From assembly GCA_951406725.2 (NCBI GenBank), contig OX597833.1, positions 51,584,001-51,648,000 on the forward strand: a stretch of DNA of 64,000 nucleotides, read 5' to 3'. The DNA comes from Octopus vulgaris (taxonomy: Eukaryota). The translations under genes were made by a program, and so were the position numbers. This document shows, one piece after another, positions 1 to 12,699 of the stretch. The stretch's first letter is position 1, and every line of letters begins with the position of its first letter. The notes below the pieces were generated by a model. The model saw only the letters and a program-made list of their open reading frames with translations. It was not told the DNA's origin and did no database searches.

Positions 1-205
1 TAGATGCGATCGCCAATTCACAAGCACTCGTAGAACGACTTGCAGATTTCTTTTTAAAATGAACAAGTCTAAAGCTGCCTGCTTAGAAGAAGCTTTTTTT
101 TTTGTTCGCTCTCCATAAATTTCTCTGTAACACGCAAAAGCATTTTTTATGGTAGTAGAGATTTTGGCACTTTGTTCAAAATTTGGATCTTGTGCTTGAA
201 AAATA

Positions 206-795
206 AAACTCGTAAACCCGGGATGTCGTAAAACGGATTCTCGTAAAGTGAGATATTACTGAACTTCCAAAAGACCCAAGGCGCTCAAGAGGGCCACTAA
301 TTTTAGTCAGTTTGAAAGAGTTAAACTCGTAAACCCGGGATGTCGTAAAACGGATTCTCGTAAAGTGAGATATTACTGAACTTCCAAAAGACCCAAGGCG
401 CTCAAGAGAGCCATTAATTTTAGTCAGTTTGATAGAGTTAAACTCGTAAACCCGGGATGTCGTAAAACGGATTCTCGTAAAGTGAGATATTACTGAACTT
501 CCAAAAGACCCAAGGCGCTCAAGAGGGCCATTAATTTTAGTCTGTTTGATAGAGTTAAACTCGTAAACCCGGGATGTCGTAAAACGGATTCTCGTAAAGT
601 GAGATATTACTGAACTTCCAAAAGACCCAAGGCGCTCAAGAGGGCCATTAATTTTAGTCAGTTTGATAGAGTTAAACTCGTAAACCCGGGATGTCGTAAA
701 ACGGATTCTCGTAAAGTGAGATATTACTGAACTTCCAAAAGACCCAAGGCGCTCAAGAGAGCCATTAATTATAGTCAGTTTGATAGAGTTAAACT
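206..795. repeat. Tandem array, 5 x 117 bp; each unit contains a pogo/Tigger-like terminal sequence
   Basis: AAACTCGTAAACCCGGG recurs at 206, 323, 440, 557 and 674 (period 117), and the units are nearly identical. Confidence 0.95.
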
Positions 796-1052
796 TAGTA
801 AATTATAAATATTTGTTTCCTGTCAGTATTTTTAGAATGCCTGGAAAACTACTTATGACAAGCGACATCAGGAACGGAAACAGAGATGCAAATTTCGTTC
901 AGCATGATGCTCTCTCTTATTCCTCGGTCTTGACAAATTCCAACTGCAAGCATATATATCGTTTTGAGCCAACAATCCAACCACTAAGCAGGTGGTTCTC
1001 AAATGTTGCGTCGCAAGTTGCCTCTTAGTGTGCCAAAGATTTTTTTTTTTTA

Positions 1053-1193
1053 TTAGGTTGTCCCAAAAGTTCGTAAACACTTGCGAAAATTGAATTTTTA
1101 CTCGCCAAGTACTAACAAAAACAACAAAAATTATTCCTCAAAATATAGACCATTATTTTCCAAGACTTTCTACGAACTTTTGGGACAACCTTA
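1053..1193. mobile_element. Mariner-type MITE (~141 bp)
   Basis: TIRs TTAGGTTGTCCCAAAAGTTCGTA / TACGAACTTTTGGGACAACCTTA, flanked by TA on both sides. Confidence 0.85.
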
Positions 1194-1354
1194 TATTTCA
1201 GTTTTTTTTTTTTTTTGTTTTTGTTTTTTGAAAAATCTATGTTATCTTTCGAGCACCTTGTAAAACGTGTTAATCGCGACATTTTTTACTCATAAATATG
1301 ATTAGCAAATCATAGTTACGAATAACAGTCAGCAATTTCGATGGGACGTGGTTA

Positions 1355-1574
1355 GTCGATTACATACATCGACCGCAGTGTACAACTGGTACTTACTTTA
1401 TCGAGCCCGAAAGGATAAAAAGTAAAGCCGACCTTCCAAATCCACTCACAAGCCTTTTGTCGGCTTGAGACTATAGCAGAAGATACTTACTCAAGGTACC
1501 ATGCAGTGGGACTGAACTCGGAACCATGTGGTTGAGGAGCAAGTTTCTTACCACACAGCCACAACGCCTGCGCT
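1355..1574 (-). mobile_element. Adjacent fragments of SINE family C (1355-1433) and the head of SINE family A (1436-1574)
   Basis: Similar to fuller copies elsewhere in the window. Confidence 0.75.
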
Positions 1575-1739
1575 TATATTAAAATGAATAATTGTTAAAC
1601 TGAATTTAAGTTATAGTATTGACTTCAGATTTTCTCACCATGGATAATAGTTGTTGTTGCTGTTATTGTTGGTTGGTAAGCCCTAGGTTAGCTCTGATGG
1701 AGCAGACATGGGTTCAAATGTGTTTAGGCTATGAATATC

Positions 1740-2153
1740 GGATCTTTTCGGTTTGAACGGCAGTTTTTTCTCGCGATGTCATATGAAATTGTCACCCATA
1801 ATTATGACCCTAGTATCGATCTATTGCATTTCAATCTGTTTTAGGGTTAGAGTTAGTTAGGGTTAGGAATTAGGGGTTGGGGGAAGGGTATCTTTTTTTC
1901 TTCACAAATGTAAATAAACCCAATCTGTTTCATACAGCACAGAATGTTTTTTACCTCAATGGACGTCATCGATTGGTTGAAATTGCAGAAATTGAAAAAA
2001 AAAACAGCAAATATCTTACAAACTATAGAATTTTCTCAATAAAGCCAAGAGAAAAAGATGTTTTATAAACACATTCTACCAGTATACGAAGTTTAAATTT
2101 TTTTAGTTACCTAGAAATTATGTTAAAAACTGCTGTTCAAACCGATAAGATCC
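1740..2153. mobile_element. Non-autonomous DNA transposon (Merlin-like MITE) with internal TTAGGG-like repeats
   Basis: ~29-bp TIRs GGATCTTTTCGGTTTGAACGGCAGTTTTT / AAAAACTGCTGTTCAAACCGATAAGATCC and a perfect 8-bp TSD TGAATATC (1732-1739, 2154-2161). GG termini with an 8-bp TSD fit Merlin; the superfamily is inferred. Confidence 0.85.
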
Positions 2154-2826
2154 TGAATATCCTGTATCTAGAAGCATATTTAATATGTACGTATATCTTG
2201 CTTGAAGAAAAGTTAGCTGCTATTTTTAGCACATGAAATGACCACCTAAGAGACTGCCTCGTTTATTTAGTGTCATTCATTTTTTTTTGTGATAATTTAT
2301 CAGATGTGCTGCAACATTTTACAAATTAGCTTTCCTCAATCATTAACTCTCTGAAAACAAGTAAAACGGAGTGAGTCGAAAAGCCATTGACGTTATTATT
2401 AGCTTTGAGTTTTAATAAATCAACATTTAGTGATCAAGTAACAACGTTGAATGACAAAATGCTCAGTGTGGTCTGTTAGCTGGTCCCCGGTGGCTTCATT
2501 ATGGTCTGTACGGTGTTGAGTTGCTATTCAAAGCCACACAAAGAAAGAACGTAAATAAATATACACAAATATATGAAACTGAATCCAGTTACACGCATGG
2601 CTACGTCAGCCAGGTACCCACCCTAACCTTAACAGAAGGTCATCAACTTTTAGGACTCTATAGTAAGTACGCTGAAGTTTACTGGATCAATAGTTAAAAT
2701 AGCTCGGGTTTCGTGTATACAGCGTTGCCATATTCGTGGCTTAAGGCACAAGTGTCAGGAATGCCTCACTCCTCATACAGAGGTCCTCCGGGGAATATAA
2801 TTATCTGTTCCACAAGACTTCCAGCT

Positions 2827-2875
<49 letters not shown>

Positions 2876-3003
2876 GTAGATAGACAGATGGGCAAATAAC
2901 GATGGGAAAGGAAAATTAGAAAAAGTATAAGGATGGATACATATGTGTATGAGTGTGTGTGTGTAATATATATGATCTCTTATATGTAAGCATATATATA
3001 TAT

Positions 3004-3035
<32 letters not shown>

Positions 3036-3118
3036 GAGACAGAGAAGAAAAACAGAGAGTGACAGACCGATAAATTGAGGGACAGAGAAGTAGTTAAAGA
3101 GATGGATTGATGGTCAAG

Positions 3119-3173
<55 letters not shown>

Positions 3174-3210
3174 GCAGGCAGGCAGACAGACAGACAGACA
3201 GATAGATAGG

Positions 3211-3282
<72 letters not shown>

Positions 3283-3569
3283 GGTATGAGAAATCTATGA
3301 AAACCTATCGGCTAACACAAAGTAACTATATATACGTAAAAATAGTTCTTTTTCACACCTCGACAACACTCGTTACATCTGTCAGCACGTCGATATATTA
3401 ACCGCTGGAATCGCGAACTTCTCGTTGGTTATTATTACTTCACGCTATCGGGTTCTTCGTATTAAATCCCTTCTTTATCATTTCTCCGCAGTGTCGATGC
3501 AGTATGTCCAGTATTTATAGTAGTATAATAAAACGATAAGGAGAGCCACGGCCGGTACGAACAAATAAC

Positions 3570-3744
3570 GGCATAGGAGTGGCTGTGTGGTAAGTCGCTT
3601 GCTAACGAATCTCATAGCTCCGGGTTCAGTCCCACTGCGTGAAACCTTGGGCAGGTGTCTTCTACTATAGCCTCGGGCCGACCAAACACCTGTGAGTGGA
3701 TTTGGTAGACGGAAACTGAAAGAAGCCCGTCGTATATATGTGTG

Positions 3745-3790
<46 letters not shown>

Positions 3791-4424
3791 TATATAAACC
3801 AGCTTAGAGAAGAAGAAACCAAACGAAACCAAACGAATCGAATCGAATCGACGCGAAGGCGCTTAGTCATACAATAGTGTAATAAATAAAATATATGCAT
3901 ACATACAAACATATATGTACGTACCTACATCTACATGTATATATACATGCATATATAAATATATATACGTGTGTACAAGACACCACAAATAGACGTAGAA
4001 CTCAACGAGAAACGAAAACGTAAAAACAGCATGGAACGGACCATTTTAACAACGAAAAAACAGAGTACAAGGCAACTACACAAGGAAAAATCCCCTCCAT
4101 CAGCTGTCCCTAGTTCAACTCCAGCGTGTTTCGAAGGTAAAAAACAGAACACGTCTCGTCGAACTAATCCTTCCTGCGAAAGAATTAAATAAAATTCCTT
4201 TCCAGGTGTGTGTATGTCTGTGTGTCTGTGTTTGTCCCCCCCCCCCCAACATCGCTTGACAACCGATGCTTGTGTGTTTACATCCCCGTAACTTAGCGGT
4301 TCAGCAAAAGAGACCGATAGAATAAGTACTAGGCTTACAAAGAATAAGTCCTAGGGTCGATTTGCTCGACCAAAGTCGGTCCTCCAGCATGGCCACAGTC
4401 AAATGACTGAAACAATTAAAAAGA
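3570..4424 (+). mobile_element. tRNA-derived SINE family A (octopus OK/OR-like), interrupted in its internal microsatellite
   Basis: A-box TGGCTGTGTGG, B-box GGTTCAGTCCC, CORE-like ACCTTGGGCA, internal (TA)/(TG) tract, and 3' end ...GTCAAATGACTGAAAC. Many copies occur in the window. Confidence 0.9.
3797..4205. mobile_element. Repeat fragment (possibly Penelope-like) inserted in the (TA)n of SINE A
   Basis: A reverse-complement copy lies at ~16965-17270, also within (TA)n. The family assignment is tentative. Confidence 0.6.
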
Positions 4425-4710
4425 AAGTGTTAACCCGATGCTGTGTGTTATAACGTGTCGTGTCCAACAGTTCAATTTGCGCGCGATCTTTCCCTCCCAC
4501 TTTCTGCGTTAGTAGCTTATATAAATATATTTCTTGCAAAAAATAGCTGCTGCATTCTCTCTCACTGTTACCTCTCTCTGTCCGTACATCTCCCCCTCTC
4601 CCTATCTCTCTTGTTTGTGTGTGCTGGCTTACTCACGTGCGCATGTGTGTATAAATATTTTAATCTTATTTGAATTTCAAAGAACACTAAGTGATTGTAA
4701 TAGTTGTATG

Positions 4711-4822
4711 TATTCCTTTACTACCCACAAGGGGCTAAACATAGAGGGGACAAACAAGGACAGACAAACGGATTAAGTCGATTACATCGACCCCAGTGCG
4801 AAACTGGTACTTATTTAATCGA
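4711..4822 (-). mobile_element. SINE family C, 3' fragment
   Basis: Matches the 3' half of 5077-5310. Confidence 0.8.
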
Positions 4823-5076
4823 CATGATTGTAATAGTTGCGTGAGTTATAAAAACATGCAGTTTGTGACTGTATTAGATCTATAAGTTCTGCTAGTGTTT
4901 TAGTCCTTCTTGGCAAGCACAGGTGCGCATGCCATGTAAGTTGAGAGAGGGTCCATTTGTGGGCCCATCACCAGACTTTGGAGTCTGGAAGTGCTTCACA
5001 ATATTTTGGGTGGGTATTAATTTGTAATAATGCTAAAGTGGAGTTTCGAAGTAAGTGTATGACTGTAATTCTGAAA

Positions 5077-5310
5077 GGTGGCGAGCTGGCAGTGACGTTA
5101 GCATGCCGGGCGAAATGCGTAGTCGTATTTCGTCTGCCGTTACGTTCTGAGTTCAAATTCCGCCGAGATCGACTTTGCCTTTCATCCTTTCGGGGTCGAT
5201 AAATTAAGCACCAGTTACGCACAGGAGGGGTCGATGTAATCGACTTAATCCTTTTGTCTGTCCTTGTTTGTCCCCTCTGTGTTTAGCCCCTGGTGGGCAA
5301 TAAAGAAATA
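5077..5310 (+). mobile_element. tRNA-derived SINE family C (Deu/Nin-like central domain)
   Basis: GGCGAGCTGGCAG head, B-box GAGTTCAAATTCC, central GACTTTGCCTTTCATCCTTTCGGGGTCGATAAATTAAG, tail AAAGAAATA. The domain name is from memory. Confidence 0.85.
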
Positions 5311-5359
5311 TATAACTGTAAATCTGAGGGTGCATCATTGAGTCGTGAGGGAGACAGTA

Positions 5360-5552
5360 CCTATTTCTTTATTACCCACAAGGAGCTAAACACAGAGGGG
5401 ACAAACAAGGACAGACATAGGTATTAAGTCGATTACATCAACCCCAGGATGAAAGGCAAAGTCGACATCGGTGGAATTTGAACTCACAACGTAACGCAGA
5501 CGAAATACCGCTAAGCATTTCGCCCGGAATGCTAACGTTTCTGCCAGCTCGC
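5360..5552 (-). mobile_element. SINE family C, internally deleted, tail-to-tail with the previous copy
   Basis: Reverse complement of the family C head and tail. Confidence 0.8.
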
Positions 5553-6078
5553 CCAGTACCGCCCAGTGTACTCTCTTAGCGACGGGCATGTCCAGGTAAC
5601 ACATTACTGTATTTGATGGCTTAAAGCGATGCCCTCCAAGTTGAAGGCCTCCTTCTTGAATCACTATATATTTATAACAAACTTGGCTTGTCCTCATTAA
5701 ACCCAGTTGTTTTCTGATATATTAATGGTGAGCGAAAATGCGCCTTACAATCTATCTAGAATGATTAGAGTATCGCTCAAAGCTAATCAGTACGCCCAGC
5801 TCTTCTTTCCCACAACATCGGTTTTCTAGAGTCTACATCCTTCTCATACAATTTTTTCACATGTTAGCATTCATAGATTCCTGAGAACATTGATACCATT
5901 TGCCTTACTGGTGCATCAGGGTCTGAAAAGTTCATTGTATCTCTCTCTTTCTACAGAACAACAAAGGATGTGTGTGTTCTTGCGTGTGTGTATGCATTTG
6001 TGAATGATGCACATATATATTTATGTATGTATGTATATATATATAAATAAATGTATATATTTATATATGCATGTATTT

Positions 6079-6141
<63 letters not shown>

Positions 6142-6591
6142 CATACATAAATGGAGAGAAGGGAGTGAGTGGGGCAAGAACACACACGAAAGTAAAGTGT
6201 CGCTGAAGAGGTCACAGTTGTAAATTTATATACTTAACTATATATCTAAAACAAAGGATATCTGTGTGCGTGTGTCTGTGTGTGTAATATGTATGCATTT
6301 CTACAGTTTTCAACCAATTTTCAGCACGCTTTACACACACATTACTCATGTACTATGACATTTTGCCCAGAGCTCCCGCGTAATGCGACAAACCGACCAT
6401 GAAAAAAAGTTTTTCAAAAGGGTTTTTCTCAAAAACTGCAGTATGCAACCGATTCTCTCCCTTTAACTTCTGCAGTTTTCAAGCGATTCTCTCCTTTTCT
6501 CTCTTTCTCTCTCTAATTATCTCTTTTTTTCTTTTTCTCACTTTCACATATATAGATATGTGTTTCTTTCACTCACTCACTCACTCACTCA

Positions 6592-6676
<85 letters not shown>

Positions 6677-7461
6677 TTGACTTCAGTGTGTTACAGTTTT
6701 GTCGTGCGTAAATCTCTTTGTCTTCACGCTATTTCTACGTTCTCCTTACAATATTACTTCACTTATTTAAAATTTTCTCCACTCCGTCTATTTAAATACA
6801 CTATTTACATTTCTCCTTCTATCGAAAACCGGTGTGTAATATATGTTCACTTTTATTCTTTCACTTTTGTGTGTGTATTTTGCACGTTCGATGTGTACGA
6901 AACAGTAAACGGCATTTCAAACTACGACGACGACGACGACGTCACATATGTACGTGTCTCTGAGTGAATGTGTGTGGGTGTATGAGTGTATATGCCTCGC
7001 TGACTCTGTGTGTTTCTGTGTTAGGTACGTTATTAAACGTACACACACATACATATACATAATTGACGACTGACACGCGTGAATGTATGTCTGTATGTGT
7101 CTCTCTTACTATATGTATTTGTCTGCATGTGTGAGTGTACGTGTGCGTATCGTCACAATTTTTATATGAATGTGTATGTATCTGTGAGTGTGAGTGTGTG
7201 TTTGTGCGTCCGTTACCTACGTTATTAAACACACACACACATCTGCCCAAACTCTTGACGAAAAGAATTACGCGGAAGGTCCAAGTTATGTAAAAATACA
7301 CATCTACCGTTCAATTAACAGTTCATAATTATCGCAGCAGTTGCAAGGTTGCAAGGTATTTACAATTTGCTTATATTTGGTTAATTTACACAGCATACAA
7401 AAATTTAGACATACTACATACAACTGCTTACAATGATAGGGATTAATGCATATTTTTTCTA

Positions 7462-7873
7462 TACTCTTTACTCTTTTACTCTTTTACTTGTTTCAGTCAT
7501 TTGACTGCGGCCATGCTGGAGCACCACCTTTAGTCGAGCAAATCGACCCCGGGACTTATTCTTTGCAAGCCCAGTACTTATTCTATCGGCCTTTTTTGCC
7601 GAACCGCTAAGTGACGGGGACATAAACACACCAGCATCGGTTGTCAAGCAATGCTAGGGGGACAAACACAGGCACACAAACACACACGCACATATATATA
7701 TACATATATACGACGGGCTTCTTTCAGTTCCCGTCTACCAAATCCACTCACAAGGCTTTGGTCGGCCCGAGGCTATAGTAGAAGATATTTGCCCAAGGTG
7801 CCACGCAGTGGGACTGAACCCAGAACCATGTGGATGGTAAGCAAGCTACTTACCACACAGCCACTCCTGCGCC
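7462..7873 (-). mobile_element. SINE family A, full length
   Basis: Complete head to (CTCTTTTA)n tail. An older diverged copy follows at ~7955-8291. Confidence 0.9.
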
Positions 7874-8306
7874 TATGTACATAATTTTTGTTTAAAATAT
7901 TGAAAAAAATATGCTAGCAAAGGAAAAACGTTTAATGTTTGACCGTGTTTGTCTTCTCTCTTTTACATGTTTCAGTCATTGAACTGCGACCATACTGGAG
8001 CACCGCCTTAAAGGTACTTATATCTGTTTGTTTGTTTTGTTATTATTATTTTTAAAGTCTGTTGCTTTACCTATCGATCCGTCTCTTGCTGAGCCGTAAA
8101 TTTATGAGGACATAAACAAGAGCACGCAAACAAGACACAGATGCAAAGACACACGCACAGACACATACGCGTATCTAACGGGATTCCTCATAGTTTCCGT
8201 CAACCAAATTCACTAGAAAGGCACTGAAATTGAATCCGAGACTAAATGGTTGCAAAACAAGTTTTTTAACGAGAGATCCATGACTGCGCCTATAATTATA
8301 TATAAA

Positions 8307-8620
8307 AAACGATAAACGTCACCGTTTTCAAGCCTAGCCAGGCTCATGGGCCCGGTTTCCCGGTTTCTATGACGTATGTGCTCACCCCAGCTAGACGGGA
8401 TGCCCGTCCATCGCAGCGTTACTCAAGAAGCATGAAGAGAGAGTGAGAGAAAGTTGTAGCGAAAGAGTAAAACAGGGGTCGCCACCATCCCCTGTCGACG
8501 CCTCGTTGAGCTTTTAGGTGTTTTCGTTCAATAAACACACACAACGCCCGGTCTGGGAATCGAAACCGCGATCCTCCGACCGCTAGTCCGCTGCCCTAAC
8601 CATTGGGTCATTGCGCCTCC
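8307..8620 (-). mobile_element. SINE family B variant (tRNA-Arg-like head, alternative 3' tail)
   Basis: Family B head and a 15-bp TSD ATAATTATATATAAA (8292-8306, 8621-8635). Confidence 0.85.
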
Positions 8621-8848
8621 ATAATTATATATAAATCAAATAAAATCAAATATTGATATCGATCTACCCATCTATCGATCTTATCTAACAGTGACACGAT
8701 TCGATCTGACAGAGACACGATTCGTTCTGACAAAAATTCGGACCAACACCAGAACCACTCAAATATTTCCAACACATTTCCCATCACCGTTACTCCGAGA
8801 ATAACCCAATGGAACAGTCCCTCTGCTGTCGCTCTTATTCACAGACCG

Positions 8849-9234
8849 TGTGGAAGCACTCCGTCGGTTACGACGACGAGGGTTCCGGTTGATCCGAATC
8901 AACGGAACAGCCTGCTCGTGAAATTAACGTGTAAGTGGCCGAGCACTCCACAGACACGTGTACCCTTAACGTAGTTCTCGGGGATATTCAGCGTGACACA
9001 GAGAGTGATAAGGCTGGCCCCTTGAAATACAGGTACAACAGAAACAGGAAGTAAGAGTGAGAGAAAGTTGTGGTGAAAGAGTACAGCAGGGATCACCACC
9101 ATCACCTGCCGGAGCCTCGTGGAGCTTTAGGTGTTTTCGCTCAATAAACACTCACAACGCCCGGTCTGGGAATCGAAACCGTGATCCTATGACCGCGAGT
9201 CCGCTGCCCTAACCACTGGGCCATTGCGCCTCCA
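8849..9234 (-). mobile_element. tRNA-derived SINE family B, full length
   Basis: Near-identical to 20897-21284 and 41031-41413. Head GGAGGCGCAATGGCCCAGTGGTTAGG...TTTCGATTCCC. Confidence 0.9.
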
Positions 9235-9477
9235 CTCTAGTGAGAGATGGATATAGAGGAAGTGGCGAGAGAGATGATAAAGAATAGAGAGTGTGTGTAG
9301 TAGGGGAGATAACTAGGATGGGGGGACACAGATTGAAAGAGTAAAGAATAAATGAGAAGAAAGGAGTGGTAGTGAAAGGGAAATGGAAGGGGAAGAAAAA
9401 TGAGAATGGAAAAAGAGTGGTAAAATGAAGGAGTGGGAGAATACAGGAGGAAGTAAGAAGAAAGAGTTATGAAAACA

Positions 9478-9610
9478 TGTGTGGTAAGTAGCTTGCTTAC
9501 CAACCACATGGTTCTGGGTTCAGTCCCACTGCATGGCACCTAGGAAAAGTGACTTCTACTGTAGTCTCGGGCCGATCAAAGCCTCGTGAGTGGATTTGGT
9601 AGACGGAAAT

Positions 9611-9644
<34 letters not shown>

Positions 9645-9787
9645 CATTATATAATTAGGCTTAGTAAAATAAATTACTTTGCCACATACTGAACTTTCTA
9701 GAAATAGCAGCCAAAAAGTTTATTAGCCATTTCCACTACTTTCAGAAAATTTCTCTCAGATAATGTTTACTCAAAAATAACTCACGA

Positions 9788-9857
<70 letters not shown>

Positions 9858-10058
9858 GACGGGCTTCTTTCAATTTCCCCACCATCGATTGACAAACGAT
9901 GCTGGTGAGTTTACGTCCCCGTAACTTAGCGGTTCGGCAAAGAGATCGATGAATTAAGTACTAGGCTTACAAAGAATAAGGCCTGGGGGTTGATTTGTTC
10001 GACTAAGGGCGGTGCTCTAGCATGGCTGCAGTCAAAAGGATTGAAACAAGCAAAAGAG
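9478..10058 (+). mobile_element. SINE family A, rearranged, with a foreign insert (~9642-9790) in its (TA)n
   Basis: Head and tail match family A. Confidence 0.8.
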
Positions 10059-10222
10059 TAAGTGATAAGTTGAAAGTAAATGTGAAAGAAGTGGGAGGGA
10101 ATGGAGGGATTGGGGGTGGAAAGAATGGGAAAAAGAAAGGGAAGGAAAGAGAAAGAAAGGTACTAGGAAGTAAGAGAATAAAGAAGGAAATAAGGAAAGT
10201 AATATTTACATTATATACATCA

Positions 10223-10735
10223 CTAGCAGTATCGCCAGGCGTTGCTCGGGTTTGTAAGGGAAATAACTATATAAGCATTTTTAGAGAGTTACTTCCCTTA
10301 TAGATGCCAATTCGGGCTTTCTTAGCCATTTCTGTTTTGGTGTCTTCAAGCCATGAAGTCGTTGTTCTAAAAGAACGCTGGTCTCCTTGACAACGCTTTA
10401 CGAGGTTGATTTCCTTACACTCCCTTCCCCACAGCTTCACGAGGGAGGGAAGAAGGGGGAGAAGCAAACAGGTGCAGGTGTGACCATGGACGCCAACTCC
10501 GCCGCCATCGACACACGAAAAATTATGCATTAAAATGGAATAAAAAATGATGTTAAATTATTTTTAAAATCGTAGACTCATCGTAGACGCGCGCTAATAC
10601 TCAGACGGGCTCGATATGAATCACGACTATAAGATACCCGAATTTGGTTAAACTGCACCGCAAAATGTGGGAGTAGTTAGGAATCTAAATTGAAGGGGAC
10701 AGACACTCACACAACTACAGTTTTATATATATAGA
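10223..10735 (-). mobile_element. Non-autonomous Helitron
   Basis: Minus strand reads A|TCTATATATATAAAA...CCCGAGCAACGCCTGGCGATACTGCTAG|T: 5'-TC, subterminal hairpin, CTAG-3', AT target and no TSD. Confidence 0.9.
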
Positions 10736-11143
<408 letters not shown>

Positions 11144-11420
11144 CATATGTCGTAGTGGTTAAGAGCGCGGGCTTCTAACCCCAAGATTCCGAGTTCGATT
11201 CTAGGCAGTAACCTGAATAATAATAATAATAATTACATCGAAAAATACGTTAGAAATGAGAACCCAGGTTCGAAATTTCCCCCAAGACACCTGATGAAGG
11301 CTGGAGGGTATATCAGCTGAAACGTTGTGTTAACAACAAACAAGATGAGGACAAATATCCGTCAAATGTAAATAATGTAAATGATGTACACAATTCCTGA
11401 TCTCTTAAATATAGAACTGT
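11144..11420 (+). mobile_element. tRNA-headed SINE-like element carrying a hammerhead ribozyme (Penelope-type 3' region)
   Basis: A-box-like TGTCGTAGTGG (11148), B-box GAGTTCGATTC (11191), (AAT)n linker, hammerhead, and (AATGTAAAT)n near the end. Confidence 0.8.
11286..11331 (+). ncRNA. Minimal type-I hammerhead ribozyme
   Basis: Stem I GACAC/GTGTT; core CTGATGA plus A; stem II GGCTG/CAGCT (CAGCC in the inverted copy); GAAA; palindromic stem III ACGT; GTT cleavage triplet. Confidence 0.75.
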
Positions 11421-11748
11421 AAGGAGAGCTAGATGAAAAGGAAAAGGGACTCAATGAATGAAGTGAAAAGAAAGAAAGGGAGAAATAGAGGAAGGAGAGG
11501 GACAAAGACATACAGAGAAATATATGGAGGGAGGAAAACCTAAGACAGGGATAAAGAAAGAATGAGAGAAAGAGGTGGGGGTGGAGAATAGGAAATTGAG
11601 AAAGGGGAAATAGAGAAAGTGAAAGAGGGGACAACGAGAGGGGCAACAAGAGATAAGAGAGAACGAGAGATGAGAGAGGGAGAGATGAGAAAGAGAGAGA
11701 TGAAAGAGAACTAATAAGGGTCTGTAGGAAAGAGTGAAAGTCGGAGTG

Positions 11749-11822
<74 letters not shown>

Positions 11823-11997
11823 TGAAGAAAGGGAGAGAGGAGGGGTAATGGATGTGAAATTGAGAAAGGAGAAGACAGAGAAAGTAAAAGAGGGAACACA
11901 AGAGGAGAGAGAGAAAGAGAGACCGAGAGAGAAAGAGAAAGAGGGAGATGAGAGAAAGCTAATAAGGGTCTGTTTGGAGAGAGTGAGAGTCAGAATG

Positions 11998-12115
<118 letters not shown>

Positions 12116-12418
12116 CAGAGAGAGAGAAAGAGAGAGAAGTGGGTGGGAGCACAACATATGGTGAAGTGATTAGTGTTTCGAATAACAGCAGTTCTATTTT
12201 TCTAAAGTCTGCGACCATCTGGCCATCTGCAGAAGACGTTAGGGTGCCACTGTTTGGATGAGAAGATTGTGGTGGAGAGGTGAGGGCTGTGGAGGTGTGT
12301 TGTGTTGGTGGTGTGGTGCTATTGAGGCAGTTGTTGGTCCACAAACAACCATTGGAACACAGATTCCTGTCAAAACTTTCTATGCAGCAACAGAGAGAGA
12401 GAGAGAGAGAGGGAGAGA

Positions 12419-12663
12419 GGCGATATGGAATTTCGTTTGACTGACGACGGAGAAGGATGAAGGACGGGAGAGTTTGTGGAGATAAGATGAGAGAAGTGGT
12501 GTGGGAAGAGGAAGTGAGAGAGAGAGAGAGAGAGACGGACAGACAGACAGAGAGAGAGAGAGAGGGAGAGGCGATATGGAATTTCGTTTGACTGACGACG
12601 GAGAAGGATGAAGGAAAGGAGAGTTTGTGGAGATAAGATGAGGGACGAGGTGTAGGAAGAGGA

Positions 12664-12699
<36 letters not shown>

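Noticed and set aside
4085-4190. Hammerhead in the 3797-4205 insert (minus strand CCTTCGAAAC...CTGATGG)
   Set aside because: Partial motifs are present, but I could not assemble a consistent core with three stems.
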